This document shows positions 51,356-60,600 of a stretch of 64,000 nucleotides of DNA, piece after piece. Each line of letters begins with the position of its first letter. Positions within the stretch are counted from its first letter, which is position 1. The translations under genes were made by a program, and so were the position numbers. The stretch lies in assembly GCA_964585655.1 (NCBI GenBank), contig CAZPER010000011.1, positions 1,174 through 65,173 of the forward strand, in the 5' to 3' direction. The notes under the pieces are model-generated. The model was not told the origin of the DNA. It worked only from the letters and a program-made list of their open reading frames with translations, and searched no databases. This stretch comes from an uncultured Gemmatimonadaceae bacterium (lineage in GTDB: Bacteria; Gemmatimonadota; Gemmatimonadetes; Gemmatimonadales; GWC2-71-9).

Positions 51356-53452
51356 ATGCGTCGCCTCGTGTTGCTCGCCCTTGCCGCCTTCGCCCCCGGC
51401 GCCCTGGTTGCCCAGGGCTCCGCCCCCCGCCGGATCGCGATCGAAGACCTGCACCGCTTCCGGGATGTCAGCGACCCGCAGCTCTCGCCCGAGGGCAACT
51501 GGGTGGCGTACACGGTGAGCGTCGCGGATCTGGGGGAGGACGGCACCGCCAGCGACCTGTGGATGACGAGCTGGGACGGCCGCGCCACGCTCCGGCTCAC
51601 CACCACGCCCTCCGCCAGCGAGCACACCCCGCGGTGGAGCCCCGACGGCCGCTACCTCGCCTTCCTGTCCGGCCGTGGCAACGAGGACGGGGTGGATCAG
51701 CTCTGGCTGCTGCCTCGCGCGGGCGGCGAGGCCGAACAGGTCACCCATCACCGGACCGGCGTCGCGGACTTCTCCTGGTCCCCGGCGGGGGACCGGCTGG
51801 CGCTGGTGATCGAGGATGGGGACTCCGTTGAGGTGCACGGGGTGTTCCCGCCGAAGCTGGATGACGCCGGCGCCGACCCCGGGATGGCGGACGCGGGGCC
51901 GCAGGCCCCGCGCGACAGCGCCAGCCGCAAGACCGCGCCACCGATCGTTATCGACCGGTACTACTTCAAGGAGGACTACGTCGGGTACGTGCGGCGGAAG
52001 CGGTCCCACCTCTACTTGCTGGAGCTGGCCAGCCGCTCCGTGGAGCAGATCACCTTCGGCGAATTCGACGAGTACCTCCCGGCCTGGTCGCCGGACGGCC
52101 GGTACCTGTCCTTCACCAGCAAGCGCTCCGGAGATGACCCTGACCGGGGCAACAACTTCGACATCTGGATCATGCCGGCGTCGAAGGGAGTCGTGCCGCG
52201 CCAGGTGACGACCTTCGCCGGTCCCGACGGCGCCGCCGACTGGGAGGGCCCGGCGGTGTGGAGTCCCGACGCGCGGACCATCGCCTACCTCCAGGGTGGG
52301 GCTGACTCTCTGATCTACTACGCCGGTCCGCGGCTGGCGCTCACCCCGTGGGGCGGCACCGGACGGCCCACCGTGCTCACCGAGCAGCTCGACCGCCACG
52401 TGACCCAGCCCACCTGGTCCCCCGATGGCCGCCAGCTCTACTTCCTGCTCGAGGACGACCGCTCGCGGTACCTGGCGCGGATGCCGGCCGCGGGCGGTGC
52501 CATCGAGCGGCTCGCCGGGGAGGGCGGTGTCGTCCACAGCTACAGCGTGAGCCGCGATGGGAGGATCGCCTACCTCCTGGACACGCCGGCGCGGCCCTCC
52601 GAGGTCTATGTGCTGGGACCGGAAGGGCCGCGGATGCTTTCGCGGCAGAACGACAGCCTCCTGGCGATGCTGCGGCTGGCCCCGGTCGAGGACATCAGCG
52701 TGAAGAGCCCGGACGGCACCACGGTCAACGGCTTCCTGATCCGGCCGCTCGACTACGCCGCCGGGACCCGCTACCCGACGGTGCTCACCATCCATGGCGG
52801 GCCGGTGAGCCAGTTCCAGCGCGAGTTCGATTTCTACTGGCAACTGCTCGCCGCCGAGGGGTACGCGGTGGTGGCGATGAACCCGCGCGGAAGTTCGGGG
52901 CGGGGGGAGAAGTATTCACTCGCCATCTGGGCCGACTGGGGCAACAAGGACGCGAAGGACGTGATCGCGGGAGTGGACCACGCGATCCGGATCGGGGTGG
53001 CGGATCCGCAGCGACTCGGCGTGGGCGGATGGAGCTACGGCGGCATCCTGACCAACTACGTCATCAGCCAGGACCAGCGGTTCAAGGCGGCGGTGAGCGG
53101 CGCGAGCATCTCCAACATCCTCGCGGGGTATGGCACCGACATGTACGTCCGGGAGTACGAGTCCGAACTCGGGCCGCCGTGGAAGAACACCCAGAACTGG
53201 CTGCGGCTGTCGTCCCCGTTCCTCAAGGCGGACCGGATCCGGACCCCGACGCTGTTCCTCTGCGGCGAAAAGGACTTCAATGTCCCGCTGCTCAACTCGG
53301 AGCAGATGTACCAGGCGCTCCGGAGCCTCAGCGTCCCGACCAGGCTGGTCATCTACCCGGGGCAATTCCACGGCATCGACAAGCCGAGCTACCAGCGGCA
53401 CCGCTACGAGCAGTATCTCGCCTGGTACGCGGAGTACCTGCGGACGCAATAG
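51356..53452 (+). CDS. secreted S9-family serine peptidase (prolyl oligopeptidase / acylaminoacyl-peptidase type)
   Basis: Start ATG 51356 (MRRLVLLALAAFAPGALVAQ). N-terminal PD40-type propeller (SPDG repeats). C-terminal alpha/beta hydrolase with nucleophile elbow GVGGWSYGG, then ...GEKDFNVP... and ...GQFHG. Confidence 0.9.
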   Translation: MRRLVLLALAAFAPGALVAQGSAPRRIAIEDLHRFRDVSDPQLSPEGNWVAYTVSVADLGEDGTASDLWMTSWDGRATLRLTTTPSASEHTPRWSPDGRYLAFLSGRGNEDGVDQLWLLPRAGGEAEQVTHHRTGVADFSWSPAGDRLALVIEDGDSVEVHGVFPPKLDDAGADPGMADAGPQAPRDSASRKTAPPIVIDRYYFKEDYVGYVRRKRSHLYLLELASRSVEQITFGEFDEYLPAWSPDGRYLSFTSKRSGDDPDRGNNFDIWIMPASKGVVPRQVTTFAGPDGAADWEGPAVWSPDARTIAYLQGGADSLIYYAGPRLALTPWGGTGRPTVLTEQLDRHVTQPTWSPDGRQLYFLLEDDRSRYLARMPAAGGAIERLAGEGGVVHSYSVSRDGRIAYLLDTPARPSEVYVLGPEGPRMLSRQNDSLLAMLRLAPVEDISVKSPDGTTVNGFLIRPLDYAAGTRYPTVLTIHGGPVSQFQREFDFYWQLLAAEGYAVVAMNPRGSSGRGEKYSLAIWADWGNKDAKDVIAGVDHAIRIGVADPQRLGVGGWSYGGILTNYVISQDQRFKAAVSGASISNILAGYGTDMYVREYESELGPPWKNTQNWLRLSSPFLKADRIRTPTLFLCGEKDFNVPLLNSEQMYQALRSLSVPTRLVIYPGQFHGIDKPSYQRHRYEQYLAWYAEYLRTQ

Positions 53453-53476
53453 GGGCGGAGCCGGAGCCCCGCCCCT
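53451..53476 (+). terminator. GC hairpin overlapping the S9 peptidase stop codon
   Basis: AGGGGCGG-agccggagcc-CCGCCCCT. Confidence 0.5.
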
Positions 53477-53785
53477 CGAGCATGTGCCGTGAACCGGCGG
53501 GCGGCTGTCGGGCCGCCAATGGGTGAGCGCTGCCATGCCTTGGCATGCGTTCGCTCAGGTCCCCCGGGATGGAGCTGGCTGCCTTCCATCCCTCATGGGT
53601 AGCGCGGAGTCCTGCGGGCGGTGTCCATAGCGGGGCGTCCGTGACGGGATATCTTCCCCGACGGTGGGCCCCATCGTCCCTCGTTTCCTTCGGTGGGCAG
53701 CTCCACGATAGGGCGTGTCCCGCCGCTGTCAACGGGAAATTTCTGCCCCTGCAGCCTGCCGCACTCAGAACCGGGCAACCTTTTC

Positions 53786-55378
53786 ATGATTCGTTCCGCC
53801 GTCCCCGTCCTCGGCAAGGTGGGCCTCCCCGCGCCGGTGGCCGAGCTGGCGCGCCGCCCGTGGGATGCCATCGTGGTCGGCGCTGGCCACAATGGCCTGA
53901 CCTGCGCCTTCTACCTGGCGCGCGCGGGGCGCAGGGTGCTGGTGCTCGAGTCCCGGGAGCGGATTGGCGGGGCCTGCACCCTGGAGGAAACCTGGCCCGG
54001 CTACCGGGTCTCCCCCTGTGCCTACGTGGTGGGCCTGCTGCACCACCGGGTCATCGAGGAAATGCGACTGCCGGCCCGCGGATACCGGTGGACCCCGGCG
54101 AGCGGCGGCTACTTCGTGCCCTTCGAGGACGGCACGAGCCTCCAGCTCTGGGATGACGAGGCGAAGGCGGAGGCGGAGCTGCGGCGCTTCGCGCCGCAGG
54201 ACGTGAAGGGCCGGCACGAGATGCACCGCCTGATGAAGAAGATCGTGTACGCCCTCCGGCCCCTCGATGACTCCGACACCTGGCTGCACCGGGCTCCCGC
54301 ACGGGAAGGGGTTGAGGCCCGGCTGGGGCACGACCGGGACGCCATCGGGCTCCTCTTCGAGTGGTCCATGGCGGAACTGATGGACCGCTACCTCAGCGAT
54401 CCCCGAATGCAGATGGCCTACATGGGCCAGGGCGTCGTGGGGAGTGCCGCGAGCCCGTATGATCCCGGCACCGCCTCCCTCTACTATCACCACTTCCAGG
54501 GCCGGCTTGATGACGGGGAGCCCGGAGGGTGGGGCTACGTGCAAGGCGGGATGGGGATGGTGAGCTTCCTGATGCACGACGCGGCGGTGGAGGCGGGCGC
54601 GGTGGTGGCGGCAGGGCTGCCGGTGGCGCGCATCGTCCCCGGCGAGGGCGTGGAGCTGGCGGGCGGGGACCGGATCAACGCCCCCGTGGTGATCAGCAAC
54701 GCCGACCCGGTCGCGACACTCCGGCTTCTGGGGCCCGGTGCCGACGCCACCTGGCGGGCCCGGGTGGAGGCGGTGCCGATGAAGAGCGCCACGGTCAAGT
54801 TCAACGCCGCGCTCGCGGAACTGCCCAACTTCACGGCGCGCCCCGGTACCCGGATGCCGCACCACACCGCGACAATCAACACCCCGCTCACCCACGCGGA
54901 ATGGCAGGCGGGGCATGCCGCGGCCATGGCGGGGCGGCTGCCGCCGCGGGTCTGGACCGAGATCTACCTGCAGACCGCCTACGACCCGAGCGTGGCACCG
55001 GAAGGGAAGCACCTGATGAGCGTCTTCTCGCAGTATGTGCCGCACACCTTTGCTTCGGGTACCTGGGACGATCATCGCGCGGCGGCGGGGAAGGTCGTGC
55101 TGGACTCGATCGGCCGCTTCTGCAGCAACCTCCCCGACGCCGTCATCGCGAGCGAGACCCTGGGCCCGCCGGACGTGGAGCAGCGACTCGGCCTCACGGG
55201 GGGGCAGATCTTCCAGGGGGAGTGCCTGCCGCCCTACATGTGGCGCAACCGGCTGGAGTACCGGACCCCGATGCCAGGGGTCTACCTCTGCGGCGCCTGC
55301 ACCTGGCCGGGGGGAAGCGTGATCGGCATCAACGGCCGGAACGCGGCGTACGAGGTGATGGGGATGCTGGGCGATTAG
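53786..55378 (+). CDS. phytoene-desaturase-family NAD(P)/FAD-dependent oxidoreductase
   Basis: Start ATG 53786. Rossmann motif DAIVVGAGHNGLTCAFYLARAGRRVLVLE.R.R.GG. The C-terminus LCGACTWPGGSVIG is typical of the CrtI-like amine-oxidase fold. Confidence 0.85.
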   Translation: MIRSAVPVLGKVGLPAPVAELARRPWDAIVVGAGHNGLTCAFYLARAGRRVLVLESRERIGGACTLEETWPGYRVSPCAYVVGLLHHRVIEEMRLPARGYRWTPASGGYFVPFEDGTSLQLWDDEAKAEAELRRFAPQDVKGRHEMHRLMKKIVYALRPLDDSDTWLHRAPAREGVEARLGHDRDAIGLLFEWSMAELMDRYLSDPRMQMAYMGQGVVGSAASPYDPGTASLYYHHFQGRLDDGEPGGWGYVQGGMGMVSFLMHDAAVEAGAVVAAGLPVARIVPGEGVELAGGDRINAPVVISNADPVATLRLLGPGADATWRARVEAVPMKSATVKFNAALAELPNFTARPGTRMPHHTATINTPLTHAEWQAGHAAAMAGRLPPRVWTEIYLQTAYDPSVAPEGKHLMSVFSQYVPHTFASGTWDDHRAAAGKVVLDSIGRFCSNLPDAVIASETLGPPDVEQRLGLTGGQIFQGECLPPYMWRNRLEYRTPMPGVYLCGACTWPGGSVIGINGRNAAYEVMGMLGD

Positions 55379-55452
55379 GCGATTAGGCGATTAGGCGGTT
55401 GGGCGATTGGGCGATTGGGCGATTGGGCGATTGGGCGATTGGGCGATTGGGC
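55373..55452. repeat. 10-unit octamer tandem repeat (3 x GATTAGGC, GGTTGGGC, 6 x GATTGGGC)
   Basis: Read directly. The array starts inside the last codons and the TAG stop (55376-55378) of the oxidoreductase gene. No inverted arm nearby. Confidence 0.9.
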
Positions 55453-55617
55453 GGTTCGAGGGGTAACGCCGCGACCGGGCGCGGTGGGCCCGGAGTGCGC
55501 GTCAGTGAGCGGCCGCGTTGATTGCGCCCTCGCCCGGAGCGCGAACTGCAGGGCGCGGAGGGCCCGCTGCGCACGGGAACGGCTCGGCGGCTCGGCGGCT
55601 CGTACAAGGGATCGGAA

Positions 55618-56538
55618 ATGCTAGCAACTCTAATGCTGCTCGCGCTGACCGTGGCCGGGGAGCCCCAGCCGACAAGCCGACAAGCGGCCGAGCCGCCGGA
55701 CTCCACCACCGTCATCCTCCTCGGCACCGGCATGCCCTTTCCCGACGACAAGGCGCAGGGGCCGGCCACGGCGGTCGTGGTGGGGAGGCGGATCTTCCTG
55801 TTCGATGCCGGACCCGGCGTCATGCGACAGATGACCGCGGCGGGGCTCCCGGTGCGCGGCGGGACGATCACCCGGGTGTTCCTCACCCACCTGCACAGCG
55901 ACCACACCCTCGGGCTGCCGGACATCATCTTTACCAGCTGGGTCATGGGCCGGCGCCTCCCGCTTGGCATCGTGGGGCCGGCGGGCACCCAGGCCATGAC
56001 CGATCACCTGCTCGCGGCGTGGAGCGAGGACATCGCGGTGCGCACCGAGGGACTGGAGCATGCCGCCCCCGGCGGACAGCGGGTGTCGGTGCGCGAGGTC
56101 AGCGGCGGAGCGACGGTGTACGATTCCGCCGGGGTCACGATCACCGCGATCCCGGTGCCGCATGGCAACTGGAAGCAGGCGTTCGCGTACCGGATCGACG
56201 GGCCGGGGAAGACAGTGCTCATCTCCGGCGACACCCGGCCCAGTCCTGCGCTAGAAGCCGCGGCCCGAGGCGTGGACGTGCTGATTCACGAGGTGTATCC
56301 GGAAGTGCGGCTCAAGCCGGAGGAGCGACCCGGCGGCGATGCCTGGCCGCGGTACATGCGCTCGTTTCACACCTCTGACCGGGAGCTGGGGGCGATCGCC
56401 GCCCGGGCCCGGCCCCGGCTGCTGGTGCTCTATCACATCGTCCGCATGGGCGGCACCGACCAGGAGCTGCTCGCCGGGGTCAGGGCCGGTGGCTTCTCCG
56501 GACGCACCGTCGTCGGGCAGGACCTCAACCGCTTCTAG
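55618..56538 (+). CDS. secreted MBL-fold metallo-hydrolase
   Basis: Start ATG 55618 (MLATLMLLALTVAG). HLHSDH zinc motif, plus downstream H and D ligands (ISGDTRP, VLIHE, YH). Confidence 0.85.
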   Translation: MLATLMLLALTVAGEPQPTSRQAAEPPDSTTVILLGTGMPFPDDKAQGPATAVVVGRRIFLFDAGPGVMRQMTAAGLPVRGGTITRVFLTHLHSDHTLGLPDIIFTSWVMGRRLPLGIVGPAGTQAMTDHLLAAWSEDIAVRTEGLEHAAPGGQRVSVREVSGGATVYDSAGVTITAIPVPHGNWKQAFAYRIDGPGKTVLISGDTRPSPALEAAARGVDVLIHEVYPEVRLKPEERPGGDAWPRYMRSFHTSDRELGAIAARARPRLLVLYHIVRMGGTDQELLAGVRAGGFSGRTVVGQDLNRF

Positions 56539-56544
56539 GGCACC

Positions 56545-56895
56545 ATGAACCCATTTCACCTGACGCTGGCGCAGGCGCTCTCCCGGATGCCCGGCCCCTA
56601 TGGGGACCACTACGCTGTGCTGCTGGAGCACGGCACCCTGGAGGTCGGGCTCTACGCCCCGAAGACCAGCGACCCGCAGACGCCCCACACCAGGGACGAG
56701 CTCTACGTGGTGATGCGCGGCAGCGGCTGGTTCCGGAACGGGCCGGACCGGGTGGCATTCGGGCCGGGCGACGTGCTCTTCGTGCCGGCGCACCGCGAGC
56801 ACCGCTTCGAGTCCTTCACCGACGACCTGGCGGTCTGGGTCTTCTTCTACGGTCCGCAGGGCGGCGAGGTGGGCCAGGGGCTCAAGCCGCGGTGA
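56545..56895 (+). CDS. cupin-domain protein
   Basis: 116 aa. HTRDELYVVMRGSG...GDVLFVPAHREHRF matches cupin motifs 1 and 2. Confidence 0.78.
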   Translation: MNPFHLTLAQALSRMPGPYGDHYAVLLEHGTLEVGLYAPKTSDPQTPHTRDELYVVMRGSGWFRNGPDRVAFGPGDVLFVPAHREHRFESFTDDLAVWVFFYGPQGGEVGQGLKPR

Positions 56896-56938
56896 GACGG
56901 CCGGGGTCAGTCCGTGCGCCCCGCCTTGCCCCCCCGGC

Positions 56939-58108
56939 ATGGGAACGGTAACCTCTGCCATGACCATGGAGCCGACGCTCGAGCGCAGCCACTACCTCTC
57001 GCCTGACAGATACGCCCGGGAGAAGGAACAGCTCTTTGCCCGGGAGTGGATGTGCGTGGGCCGGGAGGAAGAGGTGCCCGAGCCGGGGGACTACCTGTTG
57101 CTGGAGCTGGCGGGGGAGCGGCTGCTGCTGGTCCGCGGCCGGGACGGCGCCCTGCACGCCCACTACAACGTCTGCCGCCACCGCGGTTCCGAACTGGTCC
57201 TGGGCGTGGACCCGAAGGGTCACGGGGGAGAGGCTGGGGCGGGCGGCGCGGCCGGGGTCCGGCCCAGCGGCCACTTCAGCTCCGGCATCAAGTGCCCGTA
57301 CCACGCCTGGACCTATCAGCTGGACGGAGCCCTCCGTACTGCGCCGTTTCTCGAGGACGGCGACGGATTCTGCCGGGAGGACCTGCCCCTCTTCGGGGCG
57401 GCGGTCGAGCGCTGGGGCGGGTTCGTCTTCCTCCGGCTCGACGGCACGACGGGGCCGTCGCTGCTCTCCCAACTGGGCGGCGCGGTGGAGCGGGTGAAGC
57501 GCTACCCACTGGCCGAGCTCCGCACCGCGCGGCGCATCGTGTACGCCGTGGCCGCCAACTGGAAGGTGATCCTCGAGAACTACAACGAGTGCTATCACTG
57601 CGGGCCGGTGCATCCGGAGCTCTGCCGGGTGGTGCCGGCGTTCAAGCAGAAGGGGGGCGCCGACCTCGACTGGGACCGGGGCGTTCCCCACCGCGAGGGG
57701 GCGTGGACCTTCACCATGTCCGGCACCACCAGCCGCCGCCCCTTTGCCGGCCTCAACGAGGACGAACTGACTCGGCACAAGGGAGAGCTGCTCTATCCCA
57801 ACTTCATGCTCTCGCTGGCGGCGGAGCACGCCGCCGCCTTCACCCTCTGGCCCCACGGGCCGGGGGAGACCACCGTCATCTGCGACTTCCTGTTCCATCC
57901 CGAGGAGATGGCCCGCCCCGGCTTCGACCCGATGGACGCGGTCGAGTTCTGGGACATCACCAACCGGCAGGACTGGGTCATCTGCGAGAGCGTCCAGCGC
58001 GGCATGGCGAGCCGCGTCTTCACCCGCGGCTTCTACGCCCCGATGGAGAGCCTGAGCCTCGATATCCGTCGCTACATCAGTGACCGCCTGCCGTCCTCCG
58101 ACACCTAG
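56939..58108 (+). CDS. Rieske [2Fe-2S] non-haem-iron oxygenase, alpha-subunit type
   Basis: Rieske ligands CRHRGS...(insert)...CPYHAWTY. Catalytic-domain NYNECYHCGPVH (mononuclear Fe His pair region). The start could be M8 or M10. Confidence 0.88.
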   Translation: MGTVTSAMTMEPTLERSHYLSPDRYAREKEQLFAREWMCVGREEEVPEPGDYLLLELAGERLLLVRGRDGALHAHYNVCRHRGSELVLGVDPKGHGGEAGAGGAAGVRPSGHFSSGIKCPYHAWTYQLDGALRTAPFLEDGDGFCREDLPLFGAAVERWGGFVFLRLDGTTGPSLLSQLGGAVERVKRYPLAELRTARRIVYAVAANWKVILENYNECYHCGPVHPELCRVVPAFKQKGGADLDWDRGVPHREGAWTFTMSGTTSRRPFAGLNEDELTRHKGELLYPNFMLSLAAEHAAAFTLWPHGPGETTVICDFLFHPEEMARPGFDPMDAVEFWDITNRQDWVICESVQRGMASRVFTRGFYAPMESLSLDIRRYISDRLPSSDT

Positions 58109-58141
58109 CGCCCAGTCCCTCACCCCAACCCCCCTCCCCCC

Positions 58142-58432
58142 ATGGCCACCCGATCCCGCGGCAAGAAGGCGGCGAAGCCCGCCAAGCGGCGCCCCCGCGC
58201 CGACGTCCTGACCCGGTTCTCCTCCTCCAACCAGCCCAAGCGCTACGGCGGCGCGGCTGGCCGGAAGGGAAGCAAGAACCTGCAGGCCAAGCTGACCGAG
58301 GCGGATGTCCGCCAGGCCCGGGCCCGGTACCGGAAGGGCACCCTGATCAAGACCCTGGCGCGCGCCTACCGGGTGAACGCCTCCACCATGTCACTCGCGG
58401 TCCGTGGCATCACCTTCCGGCACGTCAGGTAA
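58142..58432 (+). CDS. small basic HTH-containing protein
   Basis: 96 aa. Lys/Arg-rich N-terminus, then KLTEADVRQARARYRKGTLIKTLARAYRVNASTMSLAVRGITFRHV, a helix-turn-helix-like segment. Confidence 0.55.
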   Translation: MATRSRGKKAAKPAKRRPRADVLTRFSSSNQPKRYGGAAGRKGSKNLQAKLTEADVRQARARYRKGTLIKTLARAYRVNASTMSLAVRGITFRHVR

Positions 58433-58440
58433 CGCACCTC

Positions 58441-58860
58441 ATGCTCTCGACCCGTACCCACCGCGCCCTCTCCCTCGAGGGCGCGCGGCAGCTGGCGGAC
58501 GCCGCCCTGGCGGAGGCCCGCAGGCGCAACGGCACCGTGGCCGCCGCGGTCGTGGATCCTGACGGTGGCCTCATCCTGTTCCAGTGCATGGACGGCACCC
58601 AGCCCGCCAGCCAGGACATCGCCATCCTGAAGGCCCGCACCGCGGCCCGGATGCGGCGGCCCACGAAGACCCTGGAGGACAGCGCCGCCGCCGGCCGCCC
58701 CGGCTTCCTCTCCCTGCCCGGGATGCTGCTCCTCGAGGGGGGCGTGCTGGTCCGGGTGGAGGGGGAGCTGGTCGGCGCGCTCGGCATCAGCGGGATGACC
58801 TCGGCGGAGGATGGCGTCATTGCGGCGGCGGCACTGGCCGCCGTCGGAGCGACCGGCTGA
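58441..58860 (+). CDS. GlcG/HbpS-like (DUF336) haem-binding protein
   Basis: AAAVVDPDGGLI, A..KARTAA and GGVLV...GELVGALGISG motifs. Confidence 0.82.
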   Translation: MLSTRTHRALSLEGARQLADAALAEARRRNGTVAAAVVDPDGGLILFQCMDGTQPASQDIAILKARTAARMRRPTKTLEDSAAAGRPGFLSLPGMLLLEGGVLVRVEGELVGALGISGMTSAEDGVIAAAALAAVGATG

Positions 58861-59409
58861 ATGGCGACCCAGCTTGCCACCCTGGCTGGCGGCTGCTTCT
58901 GGTGCCTCGAAGCGGCCTTCCAGCAGCTCAAGGGCGTGGAGTCGGTGCAGTCCGGCTACGCCGGGGGCGAGAGCCCCAATCCGACGTATCGCGCCGTCTG
59001 CGAGGGGGACACCGGCCACGCCGAGGTGGTCCAGATCGCCTTTGACCCGGCGGTGATCAGCTACCGGGACCTGCTCACCGTGTTCTTCACCATTCACGAC
59101 CCCACCACCCTCAACCGGCAGGGCGCCGATGAGGGCACCCAGTACCGCTCCGCCATCTTCTTCCACGACGCCGAGCAGGAGCACACCGCGCGCGCCGTGA
59201 TCGCGGAGCTTGCTGCCCAGCGGATGTTCGACGATCCGATCGTCACCGAGGTGGTGCCGCTCGACGTCTTCTACCCCGCCGAGCCGTACCACAAGGACTA
59301 TTTCCGCCGCAATCCGTTCCAGCCGTACTGCATCGGCGTGGTGGCCCCGAAGGTGGCCAAGGTGCGCAGCAAGTTCATGCAGCTTCTGCGCAAGGAGGAG
59401 TCGTCGTGA
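58861..59409 (+). CDS. msrA: peptide-methionine (S)-S-oxide reductase
   Basis: The GGCFWCLEA active site, GHAEVVQIAFDP and YHKDYF. Confidence 0.93.
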   Translation: MATQLATLAGGCFWCLEAAFQQLKGVESVQSGYAGGESPNPTYRAVCEGDTGHAEVVQIAFDPAVISYRDLLTVFFTIHDPTTLNRQGADEGTQYRSAIFFHDAEQEHTARAVIAELAAQRMFDDPIVTEVVPLDVFYPAEPYHKDYFRRNPFQPYCIGVVAPKVAKVRSKFMQLLRKEESS

Positions 59410-60488
59410 GGCGGGCCGCGGCCCTCGCGCTGCTGCTCCCGCTCGCCGCTGCCCCGCTGGCCGCGCAGCAGCCACCCCGCTTCGCGTCGCGGGTGGACGC
59501 GTACGTGCGGGAAGAGATGGCTCGGCAGGGGCTGGTGGGGCTTTCGGTGGCGGTGATGCGGGAGGGGAAGATCGTACTCGAACGGGGGTACGGCTTCGCC
59601 AACCTGGAGCACCAGGTGCCGGCTACGCCCGCCACGGTCTATCAGTCCGGGTCGCTGGGCAAGCAGTTCACGGCGGCGGGGATCATGCTCTTGGTGCAGG
59701 ACGGGAAGCTCCGGCTCGAGGACAGCGTGCCGCGGTTCTTCCCTGAGGCACCGGCGGCGTGGAACGCCGTGACGGTGCGGCACCTCCTGACCCACACCTC
59801 CGGCGCGGGGGACTACCCCGACGACTTCGACTACCGCCACGACTACACCGAGGCGGAGATGCGGGCGCTGGTGCTCTCCCGGCCGTTCAGCTTCGCGCCC
59901 GGCAGCGACTGGCAGTACAGCAACATGGGCTACGTCCTGCTCGGCCTCATCATCCGGGAGGTCACCGGGGAGTTCTACGGCGATTTCCTCCAGGCCCGGA
60001 TCTTCCGCCCGCTGGGCATGACCACCACCCGCATCATCACCGAGGCGGATCTCGTCCCCAACCGCGCCGCGGGGTACCGGCGGGTGGAGGGAGCCCTCAA
60101 GAACCAGGAGTGGGTGTCACCGGTCGTGAACACCACCGCCGACGGTTCACTGTACCTGACGGTGCGGGACCTGGCCCGGTGGGACGCGGCGCTCTACGGC
60201 ACTGCCCTGCTTTCCGCGGAAAGCCTGGCCGCGATCCGGGCGCCGGTCCGGCTCGTGGACGGCAGCACCCGCCCCTATGGCTTTGGCTGGCGGGTGGGGG
60301 TGGCCAACGGCCACGCCATCATGGCGCATGGCGGCTCGTGGCAGGGCTTCCGGACGGCGATCGTGCGCTACCCCGACGACCGGCTCACGGTCGCGGTGCT
60401 GGCCAACATGGCCGGCGCGGAACCGGGGACGATCGCCCAGGGGATCGCGGCGCTGTGGGACCCGGCGCTGGTGGCGATGGCCGAGTAG
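59406..60488 (+). CDS. secreted serine hydrolase (class C beta-lactamase / PBP fold)
   Basis: Signal peptide. S-x-x-K motif SGSLGKQFTA, Y-x-N motif YSNMGY, and a late HGGSWQG motif. Confidence 0.85.
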   Translation: MRRAAALALLLPLAAAPLAAQQPPRFASRVDAYVREEMARQGLVGLSVAVMREGKIVLERGYGFANLEHQVPATPATVYQSGSLGKQFTAAGIMLLVQDGKLRLEDSVPRFFPEAPAAWNAVTVRHLLTHTSGAGDYPDDFDYRHDYTEAEMRALVLSRPFSFAPGSDWQYSNMGYVLLGLIIREVTGEFYGDFLQARIFRPLGMTTTRIITEADLVPNRAAGYRRVEGALKNQEWVSPVVNTTADGSLYLTVRDLARWDAALYGTALLSAESLAAIRAPVRLVDGSTRPYGFGWRVGVANGHAIMAHGGSWQGFRTAIVRYPDDRLTVAVLANMAGAEPGTIAQGIAALWDPALVAMAE

Positions 60489-60490
60489 GG

Positions 60491-60507
60491 GCGAGGCTGC
60501 GCCTCGC
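60491..60507 (+). terminator. short hairpin after the beta-lactamase-fold gene
   Basis: GCGAGGC-tgc-GCCTCGC, 3 nt after the stop. Confidence 0.4.
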
Positions 60508-60543
60508 TCCTCGCGGCCGGATGCTTTCCTCGAGGTAATGACG

Positions 60544-60574
60544 AAGGGTGGGCCCCCAACGGGAGCCCACCCTT
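60544..60574. terminator. hairpin between convergent genes
   Basis: AAGGGTGGG-cccccaacgggag-CCCACCCTT followed by T. Lies between the plus-strand hydrolase and minus-strand SusD genes. Confidence 0.55.
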
Positions 60575-60600
60575 TGCCGTGCTACCGCCCTACCGCCCCG

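Noticed and set aside
55383-55997. 204-aa minus-strand ORF ending in ...PPNRPIAQSPNRPIAQSPNRLIA
   Set aside because: The repetitive C-terminus is simply the translation of the octamer tandem repeat. The rest is antisense to the MBL-fold hydrolase gene, which has an HxHxDH motif.
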